Source of the DNA: an uncultured candidate division Zixibacteria bacterium
GTDB lineage: Bacteria > Zixibacteria > MSB-5A5 > RBG-16-43-9
Reading direction: 5' to 3'
NCBI GenBank assembly: GCA_963713865.1
Contig: OY970208.1
Coordinates: 1,536,001 to 1,600,000 of the forward strand
DNA length: 64,000 nucleotides
Positions 1 to 8,879 of this stretch are shown one piece after another. The notes below the pieces were generated by a model that was given only the letters and a program-made list of their open reading frames with translations, ran no database searches and was not told where the DNA came from. Position 1 is the stretch's first letter. Each line of letters begins with the position of its first letter. The position numbers and the translations under genes are program-made.

Positions 1-390
1 TATGGCTACTCCTCTGCCAACAATGGTGAAAGCACCTATAGTCACATTTTCTCTGATGGTGGATAGATCCGCTACTAATATCTTATTTTCAAAAATCGCA
101 CCTCTGTATATAACTACAGATGTCCCTATAAGGCAGTTATCCCCGATTTTTGCCGGGGATAGCTCCTGCTCCTTGGTAGTGGCACTGATAACTGCTTTCA
201 TCGGCTTTTTGCCAATTACAGTATTATCATCAATCCTGACGTAATCACCTATCCTGGTTTCTGGATAGATAGTAACGTTATTACCGATCACACATCCTTT
301 CCCTATCTGAACCCCTTCTCCGATAATAGAATACCATCCTACTTTAACATTTTCACCTAATTTGGCTTTAGGGTCGATATAGTTTTGCAT
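1..390 (-). CDS. Hexapeptide-repeat (LbH) N-acetyl/acyltransferase of a polysaccharide locus, truncated by the window edge
   Basis: Not in the ORF track. Manual translation from ATG at 390 (AGGAG SD upstream) gives MQNYIDPKAKLGENVKVGWYSIIGEGVQIGKGCVIGNNVTIYPETRIGDYVRIDDNTVIG..., with [LIV]G-x4 hexapeptide repeats, open to base 1. Confidence 0.85.
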   Translation of the reverse strand, partial: MQNYIDPKAKLGENVKVGWYSIIGEGVQIGKGCVIGNNVTIYPETRIGDYVRIDDNTVIGKKPMKAVISATTKEQELSPAKIGDNCLIGTSVVIYRGAIFENKILVADLSTIRENVTIGAFTIVGRGVAI

Positions 391-586
391 TCATGCTCCT
401 GATTATTTCTTTGTTTTTCATAGGACAACCCTTTAGGGTTGTCTTCTGTTAATCTGCTGTAGTCGGAGCCCTGCGTCAATCTATCATTTTTATCTTTCGT
501 AGGGCAAATCTCAAGATTCCTTCTGGACCTTCAGGTTTGCATCTTTTTTCCGCAAGGCTAAAGTCTCAAGATCTTGAGGTCTTGCC

Positions 587-1864
587 CTACAGTTTTTCGT
601 AGGGCAGCCCATTTGGATTGCTTTTTCCCTTCTTTCTGAAATTTATGATATTTTTTAAACCAGCAAGGTCCTTTCGCACAACCGAGATCATCTCTTCTAC
701 TCTTTTAAAATCCTCTGGCTGCCTTTTCTTTGCCTTATCCAGATATTCTAAACCAAATGAGAAAATGACACTGAGAAGCAAACTGGCAACCCCAGCTATT
801 AAAACCATCATGGCCCGTTTAGGTTTAGCTTTTTCCTCTGGAGGAGAAGCTTTGTCAAGTATTTGAACAGTTGGAGTATTCTTCGTCTCTTCGATCTTGT
901 ATTGTTCATACTGCTGGGTCAAGAGCTCAAATAATGTTTCCTGAATCTTAACTTCTCGCATAAGTCGAACCAGTTCTAAACTTAATGCTGGTGCCTGGGT
1001 TAAAGGGACACCTAAGGCTTTGTTACCTTTATAGGATTGAGAACCAGATTCAAAAACCTCCAATTGCTTTTTGATCTCATTAATTTTGGATTTCAATAGT
1101 TGAATCTGAGGATGGTTAGGTGACATGTTTTTGCTCAAGACATTCATCTCGATCTCAGAAGAGATCAGCTGGGCTTTTAGCTCTGCTGCTCCTTTAACTG
1201 AAGCTCTCATCTGTTCATCTAAGACTATAGCTCTATTCCTTTCCTGAAAACTTCTCAAACTATCCTCTGCTGCCTTCAGATTCGACTGTGTCTGATTCAA
1301 CCTTTCCTCAATGAAGATTCTGGCATTCTTAGCTTTTGATGTATTGGTCAGCAGGTTTACCCGATCTAATTCTTCTACCAGTAGGTTAGCCACACGAGCG
1401 GCTCTTTCTCTATTTCTGTCCTCAAACTCAATTGAAATAATCCCTTCACTCTCAACTTTCACCTGAAGATGTAAAAAGAATTCCCTTAAACCATCCTCCA
1501 TCTTATTAACTCCATAAACCTTAAGTAGATTTTCTTTTTGGATTACTGAATCTACCACTGTCCTACTTTTGAGTATTGCCGCGAAAATATCGGATGGAGT
1601 TGCAGTCATAGGAAGGCTTAAGCCACTGAAACTGGAGAATTCCCCTAAAAGTGAGCTGGTAAGGCCAATTCCCAGACCACCACCTCTTTCTGGAGGTAAA
1701 AGGGTTGTTTTAGCCCGGTACCAGTTGGGTAAAAAAAGTGAAAATAGGGCAACAATAAAACATACCAGGATAAAATTCAAAAAGATAAACCTACGATATT
1801 TTACCAGAACTGCAAGGTAACTGTAAAGGTTTATCCTCTCTTCTTTTGAAGTCACCTCTTCCAC
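587..1864 (-). CDS. Polysaccharide chain-length determinant / co-polymerase (Wzz/GumC family)
   Basis: N- and C-terminal TM helices, a coiled-coil middle, and the C-terminal 'VQILDKASPPEEKAKPKR' motif. Lies downstream of a Wza-like gene. Confidence 0.9.
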   Translation of the reverse strand: MEEVTSKEERINLYSYLAVLVKYRRFIFLNFILVCFIVALFSLFLPNWYRAKTTLLPPERGGGLGIGLTSSLLGEFSSFSGLSLPMTATPSDIFAAILKSRTVVDSVIQKENLLKVYGVNKMEDGLREFFLHLQVKVESEGIISIEFEDRNRERAARVANLLVEELDRVNLLTNTSKAKNARIFIEERLNQTQSNLKAAEDSLRSFQERNRAIVLDEQMRASVKGAAELKAQLISSEIEMNVLSKNMSPNHPQIQLLKSKINEIKKQLEVFESGSQSYKGNKALGVPLTQAPALSLELVRLMREVKIQETLFELLTQQYEQYKIEETKNTPTVQILDKASPPEEKAKPKRAMMVLIAGVASLLLSVIFSFGLEYLDKAKKRQPEDFKRVEEMISVVRKDLAGLKNIINFRKKGKSNPNGLPYEKL

Positions 1865-1886
1865 TTATCTTCTCCTTTTAAGAATC

Positions 1887-3473
1887 CTATTCAATCGCCT
1901 TTTTAACTGCTAAGTAAACGGTAGCCGCAGATCCAGCCGCCATCAGGATATCCCGAAAATTATTCCAGTAGTGTCTTTCCGGTTTCTCCGGTACCCAGAT
2001 AACATCGCCTGGCTCTAAATTCTTGTCAGGTTTCACCCACTCACCAGTTACTCCTTTAATCAGTTTGATCTTCCCTTTATCTGCCCTCCAGGAAAAACCT
2101 CCAGTTTTATTTATATAATAAAGATAGTTTTTCCCAGGCTCATAAGTCAAATAGCCAGGATTAACCACCCGACCGGATACTTTAACTACCAAACTTATCT
2201 TGGGAATGAATATCTCATCCCTATCTTTTAATAAGATATCCTCATTCTGGTCCTTAGTCTTAAAGAGTCGCACAAAATCAACTGAAACTCTACCTGGTTT
2301 TTCTCTGGATTTGGTCTTAAAATATTCATACTCATAGCTTTTCATATCCGAGACCGGAATTTTCTTAAGCCTTTCATATTCCAGATCAATCTCTTGAGAA
2401 TAAAATCCTCTTATCATATCTGCTTCTTCTAAAGAGGCCTTTTTAGTAAATCCACCAGCCAGCTCAACTAAGTCAGATAATTTGGTTATTCCCTCATTAA
2501 TAGCATAGACACCAGGATATAAAACCTCTCCTTCAACGGTAACCTGTTTTTTCTCCCTGAAGTCCGGAATTGAACGTATAAAGATTCTATCATCTGGCAT
2601 TAAGGTTATATCAGCTTCCTGATCATTAACTGAGAAGAGGGGTTTTAAATTCTTTTTTAAAGACTGAGTATGTATATCATCAGAACTAAACCTGATGATT
2701 TCAGCAATCGAAATATCTGCATCTCCGGTCAATCCACCTGCTAAATCTATAAGGTCTTTGAGGCTGTCACCTTCAAAATACTCATATTCACCTGGGTCTT
2801 TCACTGCGCCATAGATTCCAAAAATATTAATAGAGGCATCTTTTAAAGGGACATAAATTATATCCCCATCCAGAACATAGGGATTCCGGTTACTTTTCCC
2901 GGTCTTCAAAAATCTTAAAACATCTACTTTCATTTTTGAACCGTCATTTCTTGTGAGAATTATGTTTCTGGTAGATGAATTTGGTAAATTTTTTCCCGCT
3001 TTCTCGATTATCTCGGAGACTCTTTCATTGGCATAGGTTGAATAAATTCCAGGATTTTTAACTGCCCCGGTCACCGATACTTTAAATTTTCTCAAATTGA
3101 GTAAACTGATGGTTATATCGATATTTCTGTATCTTTTCAAAACCTCGTCTTTAACTGATAATTTAACCTCTTCCAAGCTTTTGCCCCCCACCATAAGACT
3201 CCCTACTCTGGGTATCAAAATTGTTCCCTCCGGGGTTACTTTCAAAGAGTAATTTGTCTGAAACTCATCCCAGAGTACGATGGAAAGAACATCACCGGGA
3301 CCAACTATATATTCCTTTGGATTAACAGCTTTCTCTAAAGTCTGCTCCCCTGCATTAACCTCCCTGGACCTGGAAATCAGGGTATCCTGATAATTTGTAT
3401 TTTCAATCAATTGAGCATTGGACCAGGGATAAAAAGATAACAGAAATAAAAGACTTAATAAGAATTTCGCCAT
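1887..3473 (-). CDS. Polysaccharide export protein with SLBB domains (Wza/KpsD family)
   Basis: Signal peptide, Poly_export motif 'YIVGPGDVLSI', and repeated SLBB motifs 'V.G.VKNPG.Y' and 'DLIDLAGG'. Confidence 0.9.
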   Translation of the reverse strand: MAKFLLSLLFLLSFYPWSNAQLIENTNYQDTLISRSREVNAGEQTLEKAVNPKEYIVGPGDVLSIVLWDEFQTNYSLKVTPEGTILIPRVGSLMVGGKSLEEVKLSVKDEVLKRYRNIDITISLLNLRKFKVSVTGAVKNPGIYSTYANERVSEIIEKAGKNLPNSSTRNIILTRNDGSKMKVDVLRFLKTGKSNRNPYVLDGDIIYVPLKDASINIFGIYGAVKDPGEYEYFEGDSLKDLIDLAGGLTGDADISIAEIIRFSSDDIHTQSLKKNLKPLFSVNDQEADITLMPDDRIFIRSIPDFREKKQVTVEGEVLYPGVYAINEGITKLSDLVELAGGFTKKASLEEADMIRGFYSQEIDLEYERLKKIPVSDMKSYEYEYFKTKSREKPGRVSVDFVRLFKTKDQNEDILLKDRDEIFIPKISLVVKVSGRVVNPGYLTYEPGKNYLYYINKTGGFSWRADKGKIKLIKGVTGEWVKPDKNLEPGDVIWVPEKPERHYWNNFRDILMAAGSAATVYLAVKKAIE

Positions 3474-3529
3474 AATATTTCCCCCTGAGGGTTTTTTGAT
3501 TTTTTATCCTTCAGGAAAAGCCTTTTTAT

Positions 3530-3576
3530 AAAAAAACCGAGTTTAATAGGGTTATTTACCCAGTGACAACCCGGTT
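3530..3576 (-). terminator. Putative intrinsic terminator/attenuator within the wza leader
   Basis: The minus strand reads AACCGGGUU...GGGU-AAAUA-ACCC...AACUCGGUU followed by a U-run, about 57 nt before the wza ATG. Confidence 0.5.
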
Positions 3577-3793
3577 GATATATTGATCTCATCACCTCAA
3601 CAAAATTAAAGAGTTGCACCTGAAAATATAGAATCAGTGGATGCAGAACCGATTAACTTTTTAACTTCCAGGCTTACAAAAATAACTCTTTAACAAAAAA
3701 CGCTTATTTATCCTCCACGAAGAGCATAACACCCTGCTTTTTGCAGGATTATACCTCTGCCGAGCTTTCAATGGCTCAGCCACTATTTTAAAA

Positions 3794-3822
3794 ATAATAA
3801 GTTAATCCTTTTTGAATGTCAA
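3794..3822 (-). promoter_or_regulatory. Sigma70-type promoter of the wza operon
   Basis: Minus strand TTGACA (3822-3817), 17-nt spacer, TATTAT (3799-3794). Confidence 0.65.
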
Positions 3823-4096
3823 GGAAAATTAGATAAACTTCTTATCTTTTCTATAAAAGCGGAAGACTGCAATTTGGAAACTCAGGTAGTTATTGATGTT
3901 TAATGGAAAAAGAGGGATATGGAGTTAAATCTTTTCAACTCGATTCCCCGCCATACTAATTTATTTTCTAAAAACTGGGGAAAAAGACTCAAAAATTTTC
4001 CTTGACAAACCTCTTTCGGATTTACTAAATATTAAAAAGACTTCTCGCATTGTTTGCCCAGAGTTAAGCCTTTAACCCTTAACGCAAGGAGGGGAG

Positions 4097-4435
4097 ATGA
4101 GTGGAAACAGGGTTTTAGTTACTACCATTTTAGGATTTATCTTCGGGATCATCGCTTATCTTTTTGTCCGGGGAACAGAAGGGATGACCTGCGGGATTGC
4201 CTGGTCGATTATCCTGGATGGGGCGCTCTTAGGTTTTATCATCGGGATTTCAGTTTTTAAATTCAACTTCGTGGTACATGGAATTGTTATAGGTGCGATT
4301 GTCTATTTACCAGCGGCACTTCCTTCAGGGCAATTTCTCAGGTACTGGTTAGAAGGTATGATTATTGGTGCTTTGATTGAGATAATCTCTCATTTTATTA
4401 TTAGAGAGAAAATTACAGAGACACCTAAGCCTTAA
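4097..4435 (+). CDS. Small Gly-rich membrane protein with about 4 TM helices, hypothetical (paralog 1)
   Basis: AAGGAGG SD and hydrophobic helices with GxxxG motifs. Aligns by eye with the next ORF (AWSIIL.G...G..IGIS). Confidence 0.8.
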   Translation: MSGNRVLVTTILGFIFGIIAYLFVRGTEGMTCGIAWSIILDGALLGFIIGISVFKFNFVVHGIVIGAIVYLPAALPSGQFLRYWLEGMIIGALIEIISHFIIREKITETPKP

Positions 4436-4466
4436 GGATAAACTTCTTAGCTGAAAAGAAATAAAT

Positions 4467-4521
4467 TGGGGTATAAACCTTTAGGTTTATCATTAAAATA
4501 AAGCTAAAGCTTTATATTCCA
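4467..4521. repeat. MITE/REP-like element with TGGRRT...TCCA ends and internal AAACCTTYAGGTTTA and AAGCTRAAGCTTTA hairpins
   Basis: Related copies at 34231-34301, 45586-45639 and (expanded) 53048-53168. Confidence 0.75.
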
Positions 4522-4543
4522 GAATCCTTGAAAGGAGGGAGAA

Positions 4544-4903
4544 ATGAGGGGAACTAAAATTTTAGTTGCTACTTTCCTGGGTTTTATTGCAGGAATTGTC
4601 TGTTATAGTTTAGCTCGCAGAGGTGGTCCGATGCCTTCGAATATGGCCTGGTCAATTATCTTAGGTAGAACTCTGATAGGCCTTACTATCGGGATATCTG
4701 CCTGGAGGATAAACTATCTGGTTCAAGGAGTGTTGATTGGATTAATCGTCTCTTTACCAATGGCTTTGCCGGCTGGCTCAATGAAAGGGGCAGCCATTTT
4801 CTGGGGGACTTTGATTATGGGTGGAATTTATGGATTTTTTATTGCACTGATTACTAATCTTATCATAAAGGAGAAAAAAGAGATACCATCAGCTACGATT
4901 TGA
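4544..4903 (+). CDS. Small Gly-rich membrane protein, hypothetical (paralog 2)
   Basis: AAAGGAGG SD. Similar to 4097..4435. Confidence 0.8.
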   Translation: MRGTKILVATFLGFIAGIVCYSLARRGGPMPSNMAWSIILGRTLIGLTIGISAWRINYLVQGVLIGLIVSLPMALPAGSMKGAAIFWGTLIMGGIYGFFIALITNLIIKEKKEIPSATI

Positions 4904-4959
4904 TTTTAAATTTAACAAGAAAATTAATAATACCTTGATATTATTAAGGATGTGAATAC

Positions 4960-4988
4960 TGGGTAGGGGTTTAACTCCTACCCTTTTT
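4960..4988 (+). terminator. Intrinsic terminator
   Basis: GGGTAGGGG-TTTAA-CTCCTACCC followed by a T-run. A similar hairpin lies at 45546-45570. Confidence 0.7.
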
Positions 4989-4990
4989 GC

Positions 4991-5018
4991 TTGACAAATT
5001 TATTTATTATTTTATATT
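4991..5018 (+). promoter_or_regulatory. Sigma70-type promoter for rplM-rpsI
   Basis: TTGACA at 4991-4996 and TATATT at 5013-5018. Confidence 0.55.
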
Positions 5019-5104
5019 TAAAATTTATTAATTAAAACCGTTATATATCTTACGGTAAATAGAAAAATTACGTATACGTGGAATGGAAGTTGAAAGGAGA
5101 ATAG

Positions 5105-5533
5105 ATGAAGACCTATACACCTAAACCGAATGAAGTTGAGAAAAAATGGTTTTTAGTGGATGCACAGGGTAGGGTTTTAGGGAGATTAGCCTCTAAAGTG
5201 GCTCAGATCCTTTTAGGAAAAGGTAAGCCAAAATTTACCCCGCATTTGGATCAGGGTGATTTCGTGGTAGTGATTAACTGTGATAAAGTCATCCTGACCG
5301 GTAAAAAAGCTGACCTTAAGACTTACTATCATTATACCGGGTATCCTGGAGGTTTGAAAAAAGAGACCTTTTCAAAAAGGATAAAAGAAAACCCCAGAGA
5401 AGTCTTTATCCATTCAGTTAAAGGGATGCTACCCCATAACCGATTGGGCAGGAAAATCTTATCCAAGCTTTTCGTTTACCTGGGAGAGAAACATCCCCAT
5501 CAAGCTCAGAAGCCTGAGCCTATAAAATTGTGA
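5105..5533 (+). CDS. rplM: 50S ribosomal protein L13
   Basis: MKTYTPK...WFLVDAQGRVLGRLAS...YYHYTGYPGGLK...GMLPHNRLGR. Confidence 0.98.
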   Translation: MKTYTPKPNEVEKKWFLVDAQGRVLGRLASKVAQILLGKGKPKFTPHLDQGDFVVVINCDKVILTGKKADLKTYYHYTGYPGGLKKETFSKRIKENPREVFIHSVKGMLPHNRLGRKILSKLFVYLGEKHPHQAQKPEPIKL

Positions 5534-5574
5534 AATGTCAAATTTTAATAAAGATATTTTAGGAGGTGAAATTT

Positions 5575-5970
5575 TTGGAGAAGAAAGTTTATAATGGTAT
5601 AGGCAGGAGAAAGACCTCAGTTGCCCAGGTCAGAATTGTCGTTCCAGGAAATGGAAAGAGAACAATTAACGGTAAAGAGATGAAAGACTATCTTCAAAGG
5701 GAAACCCTGATCAAGCATGCTTTAAAGCCTTTAGAGGTGGCTAAGGCGGATGGCAAAATGGATGTCATTTGCAAGTGTGAAGGTGGTGGAATTTCCGGAC
5801 AGGCGGGAGCTATCAGGTTAGGAATTGCCAGGGCACTTGCTCAATTAGATGAGAACCTGAAAAAGCTTTTGAAAGACCAGGGGCTTTTAACCCGTGACCC
5901 GCGAATGGTGGAAAGAAAGAAATACGGACAGATAAAAGCCCGCAAGAGATTCCAGTATTCTAAGAGATAA
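5575..5970 (+). CDS. rpsI: 30S ribosomal protein S9 (probable TTG start)
   Basis: [10 protein letters not shown]...[19 protein letters not shown]...[14 protein letters not shown]...QYSKR. The AGGAGGTG SD favours TTG at 5575 over GTG at 5566. Confidence 0.97.
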   Translation: MEKKVYNGIGRRKTSVAQVRIVVPGNGKRTINGKEMKDYLQRETLIKHALKPLEVAKADGKMDVICKCEGGGISGQAGAIRLGIARALAQLDENLKKLLKDQGLLTRDPRMVERKKYGQIKARKRFQYSKR

Positions 5971-5997
5971 GATAGAAGATTTGATGTTTTTGATTTT

Positions 5998-6026
5998 GTA
6001 GGGGCGGGTTTCAAACCCGCCCCTAC
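5998..6026. repeat. GTAG-type REP palindrome
   Basis: GTAGGGGCGGGTT-TCA-AACCCGCCCCTAC. Same architecture at 26895-26922, 39774-39802, 39814-39841, 47122-47148, 47202-47230 and 51109-51136. Confidence 0.85.
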
Positions 6027-6141
6027 CTGATAAAATATCCGGGAACAGATCTGTAGGACAGAATTGGGATTTAAAATGCGGGTCACCAGGATTCCGTCAG
6101 AGACTGAAAAAACAGATTCCTGCAATAATATAAGAGAATAA

Positions 6142-6732
6142 ATGTTTTTTAAACCAAAAATCCATGATTTAAAGTTTCATCCTGTTACACCCACCCGCTG
6201 GAAAGACCTTGAAAATCTATTCGGGGAAAGAGGAGCTTGCGGTGGTTGTTGGTGCATGCTCTGGAGACTTCCCCGGGCTCAATGGCAGCAGCAATTAGGC
6301 GAGAAGAACAGAAAAGCACTAAAGAAAATAGTTGATTCCGGTGAAATTCCGGGTATCTTGGCTTATGCAAACGGGAAACCTATAGGGTGGTGCGCAGTAG
6401 CGCCGAGGGAAATGTTCCAACTTTTAGAGCGCTCCCGGATAATGGGAAGGGTCGATGAAAAACCGGTCTGGTCAGTGGTTTGTTTCTTTGTAGCAAAACC
6501 GTTCAGGCAAAAGGGTATAAGTGTCGAAATCCTGAAATCTGCAGCAGAATATGCAAGAAAAAAAGGAGCAAAAATTGTTGAAGGTTATCCGATTGAGCCG
6601 AAAAAAGGAAAATTCCCTGATGTTTTTGCTAATACAGGTCTGGCCTCTGCGTTCCGCCAGGCAGGATTCGTGGAAGTTCTTCGCAGGTCTGAGACCAGGC
6701 CGATTATGAGATATTATATATCAAATAAATAG
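6142..6732 (+). CDS. GNAT family N-acetyltransferase
   Basis: 'CGGCWCM' N-terminal motif, 'IGWCAVAPR', 'WSVVCFFVAKPFRQKGIS' acetyl-CoA motif, and 'VEGYP'. Confidence 0.88.
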   Translation: MFFKPKIHDLKFHPVTPTRWKDLENLFGERGACGGCWCMLWRLPRAQWQQQLGEKNRKALKKIVDSGEIPGILAYANGKPIGWCAVAPREMFQLLERSRIMGRVDEKPVWSVVCFFVAKPFRQKGISVEILKSAAEYARKKGAKIVEGYPIEPKKGKFPDVFANTGLASAFRQAGFVEVLRRSETRPIMRYYISNK

Positions 6733-6744
6733 GAGTATAATCAG

Positions 6745-7278
6745 ATTATACGCAGACTACTTTTCATTTTGATACTAATGCCAGGTATCCTATTTGCCCA
6801 GGGAGAGAAAAAAGAAGATATTTGGGCACCATTCAAATTTTTCATTGGAACCTGGGAGGGAAAAGGGGAAGCCTGTCCGGGGTTATCCAGTCTTAAAGCT
6901 GGGTTTAAATTTGTGCTAAATGAAAGGTATCTTCAGATCAATGGAAAGGCGGTGTTTAAACCTCAAGAGAAGAATAAAAAAGGTGAGGTGCACGAAGATT
7001 TAGGGTTCATCAGTTTTGACCGGAACAGGAATAAGTATGTGCTGCGGCAATTTCACGTAGAGGGATTTGTCAATCAATATGTCTTAGATAGCTTGCCTGC
7101 TGATGGAAAAACTTTTGTCTTTGTCTCGGAGAATATAGAAAATATACCTGCTGGCTGGAGGGCAAGATCCACCTATAAAATTCTGGATGAGGATGAATTT
7201 CAGCAAGTATTTGAGCTGGCTAAACCAGGGAAGGAGTTTGAAGTTTATTCGGAGAATCGGCTTAAGCGTAAAGGATAG
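6745..7278 (+). CDS. Secreted hypothetical protein, possibly a nitrobindin/THAP4-like beta-barrel; start codon uncertain
   Basis: 'FFIGTWEGKG', 'HEDLGFIS', 'LRQFHVEGFVNQY'. The in-frame signal-peptide-like stretch IIRRLLFILILMPGILFA starts at ATT 6745; the ORF track calls 6769. Confidence 0.7.
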   Translation: MIRRLLFILILMPGILFAQGEKKEDIWAPFKFFIGTWEGKGEACPGLSSLKAGFKFVLNERYLQINGKAVFKPQEKNKKGEVHEDLGFISFDRNRNKYVLRQFHVEGFVNQYVLDSLPADGKTFVFVSENIENIPAGWRARSTYKILDEDEFQQVFELAKPGKEFEVYSENRLKRKG

Positions 7279-7366
7279 TTTTGAATTGAAATTATTGATT
7301 TCGTAGAGCGGGTGCCCTTGCTCGCTGATATATGAAGCGAAACGGGAATTTTACTGGAGGTATAAA

Positions 7367-8162
7367 ATGGTTGAGGAAAAAAGATTCTTAGTGGATGTAG
7401 GAATAAGGGATTTGCCCTTTCCAATGAGAGTCGCATCGAAGGTTAATCCAGAGGGACAGCAGACTATCGCAAATATCTCTATATCTGCCCGTATTATCCG
7501 GGAGTTTGAAGCCTGCTGGATCGATAAATTCATCCAGATCATCCACCAGCATCGGGACCGTATTGGAACGAAAACTCTTCAGAGCAATATTCTGGATTAT
7601 CTTAACCAGCTACAGGCTAAAGCTGTGAAGATCGATTTTAATTATCCCTTTTTCGTGGAGAAACCCACCCCGGTATCGAAAGCAAAATGTTTGGTCAGGT
7701 ATCTCTGCACTTTTTCAGCAAAAGCTTCTTATGTTGTGGATAAACCAAAGATAATATTCAAGATGGAAATACCAATTATCACTACCTTTCCTGGCTCAAT
7801 CCCTGAAAAGCCAGGAGGCTTGTTCGGTCAACTGAGCATTGTGGCAGTGGAAATAGAATCTCAAAAAGAAATTTATCCAGAGGATATTGTTGAGATAGTG
7901 GATAAACATGCATTAGTGCCGGTTTACTCGTTTTTAACTGAAGAAGACCAGGCTTTTGTAATTCAGAAAATTCATACGGAGAATAAAACCAGCGTGGTGG
8001 TAACGGACAAGATAAGAGATGAGCTCTCCCGTATCAAAGATATTGTTCTGGTATTCGGTTCGCTGCTTTAACTATGGGATGCTTCACTCTTACAGCACGG
8101 TCATAGGGACCGAAAAAGGCTTGTGGTTTCCTACCAGCGGGTATGAGGAAGAAGAGATTTAA
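7367..8162 (+). CDS. Divergent FolE2/MptA-family (GTP cyclohydrolase IB-like) protein with one +1 frameshift at 8045-8051
   Basis: 'DVGIRDLPFP', 'FNYPFFVEKPTPVS', 'PVYSFL..EDQ'. Removing one T in GTTCTGG restores ...DIVWYSVRCFNYGMLHSYST...EEI* ending at 8162. Confidence 0.75.
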
Positions 8163-8230
8163 AATCAAGGATTGTGGTGATAGGTAATGGGAAATTACCA
8201 AGAAGCCAAAAAAGAAGGAGGTAACAAAAG

Positions 8231-8608
8231 ATGAAAAATCCAGTACCTCTTATAGCGCGGATTCTGTTGTGCGCAATTTTTATTCAATCGGAGGTGGGAA
8301 AAATTATGGATCCATCTGGCACCCAGCAGTATATGGCAGCTTATGGAATGCCACTTACCAGTTTGTTCCTGCTCGGTGCAATCGTATGCGAAATTTTTGG
8401 CAGTCTATCAATTTTGCTGGGGTTCAAGGCTCGTTTGGGTGCGAGCTTGCTGGTTATATTTATGATTCCAACTACGCTTATTTTCCATACTAAACTTACT
8501 GACCAGGTACAGATGATTATGTTTATGAAGAACTTAGCTATCATAGGAGGGTTACTTATGGTGGCTTATTTTGGACCGGGACCGATAAGCTTTGATGCAA
8601 AAAAGTAG
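8231..8608 (+). CDS. DoxX family membrane protein
   Basis: 'ARILLCAIF...GKI', 'LLGFKARLGA', 'FMKNLAIIGGLL', 'GPGPISFD'. Confidence 0.9.
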   Translation: MKNPVPLIARILLCAIFIQSEVGKIMDPSGTQQYMAAYGMPLTSLFLLGAIVCEIFGSLSILLGFKARLGASLLVIFMIPTTLIFHTKLTDQVQMIMFMKNLAIIGGLLMVAYFGPGPISFDAKK

Positions 8609-8625
8609 ATAAAATTTTATGGTTT

Positions 8626-8737
8626 TGTCATTCTGAGTGAGTTCCGCCATTGGCGGAACGAGCGAAGAATCAATTGAATTTAACTATGATACAAATTCTT
8701 CACCTACGGTTCAGAATGACTGACAAAGAATGACAAA
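8626..8737. repeat. TGTCATTCTGAG...GAAGAATC / ...TTC...TCAGMATGAC inverted-repeat element
   Basis: Further copies at 58648-58733 and 60107-60188, and a right half at 61289-61324. Confidence 0.8.
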
Positions 8738-8779
8738 GGCGGAATGTTTATTTGACGTAGAATGTAAATGAATTAAAAT

Positions 8780-8859
8780 CACACACCGGCTGATCTTTCA
8801 GGTGGTCTAAGGCAAATGCCTTAGCCCTGAGAGAGATGAGGTTGGTGGAGGAAAAAACC
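8780..8859 (+). ncRNA. rpsB leader (S2 autoregulatory / t44-like RNA)
   Basis: CACACACC...GGTGGAGG...AACC frame with an internal hairpin (CTAAGGCA-AA-TGCCTTAG), immediately upstream of rpsB. This matches the conserved layout of the t44/rpsB leader. Confidence 0.75.
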
Positions 8860-8879
8860 AATCAAAAAAGGAGTGTAGA

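Noticed and set aside
3930-3960. tRNA-like 3' end (TCGATTCCCCGCCA)
   Set aside because: No cloverleaf or matching acceptor stem could be built upstream.
6730-6732. TAG readthrough fusing the GNAT to the in-frame downstream ORF
   Set aside because: The GNAT is complete at its stop, the next ORF begins with its own signal peptide and SD, and there is no evidence for recoding.
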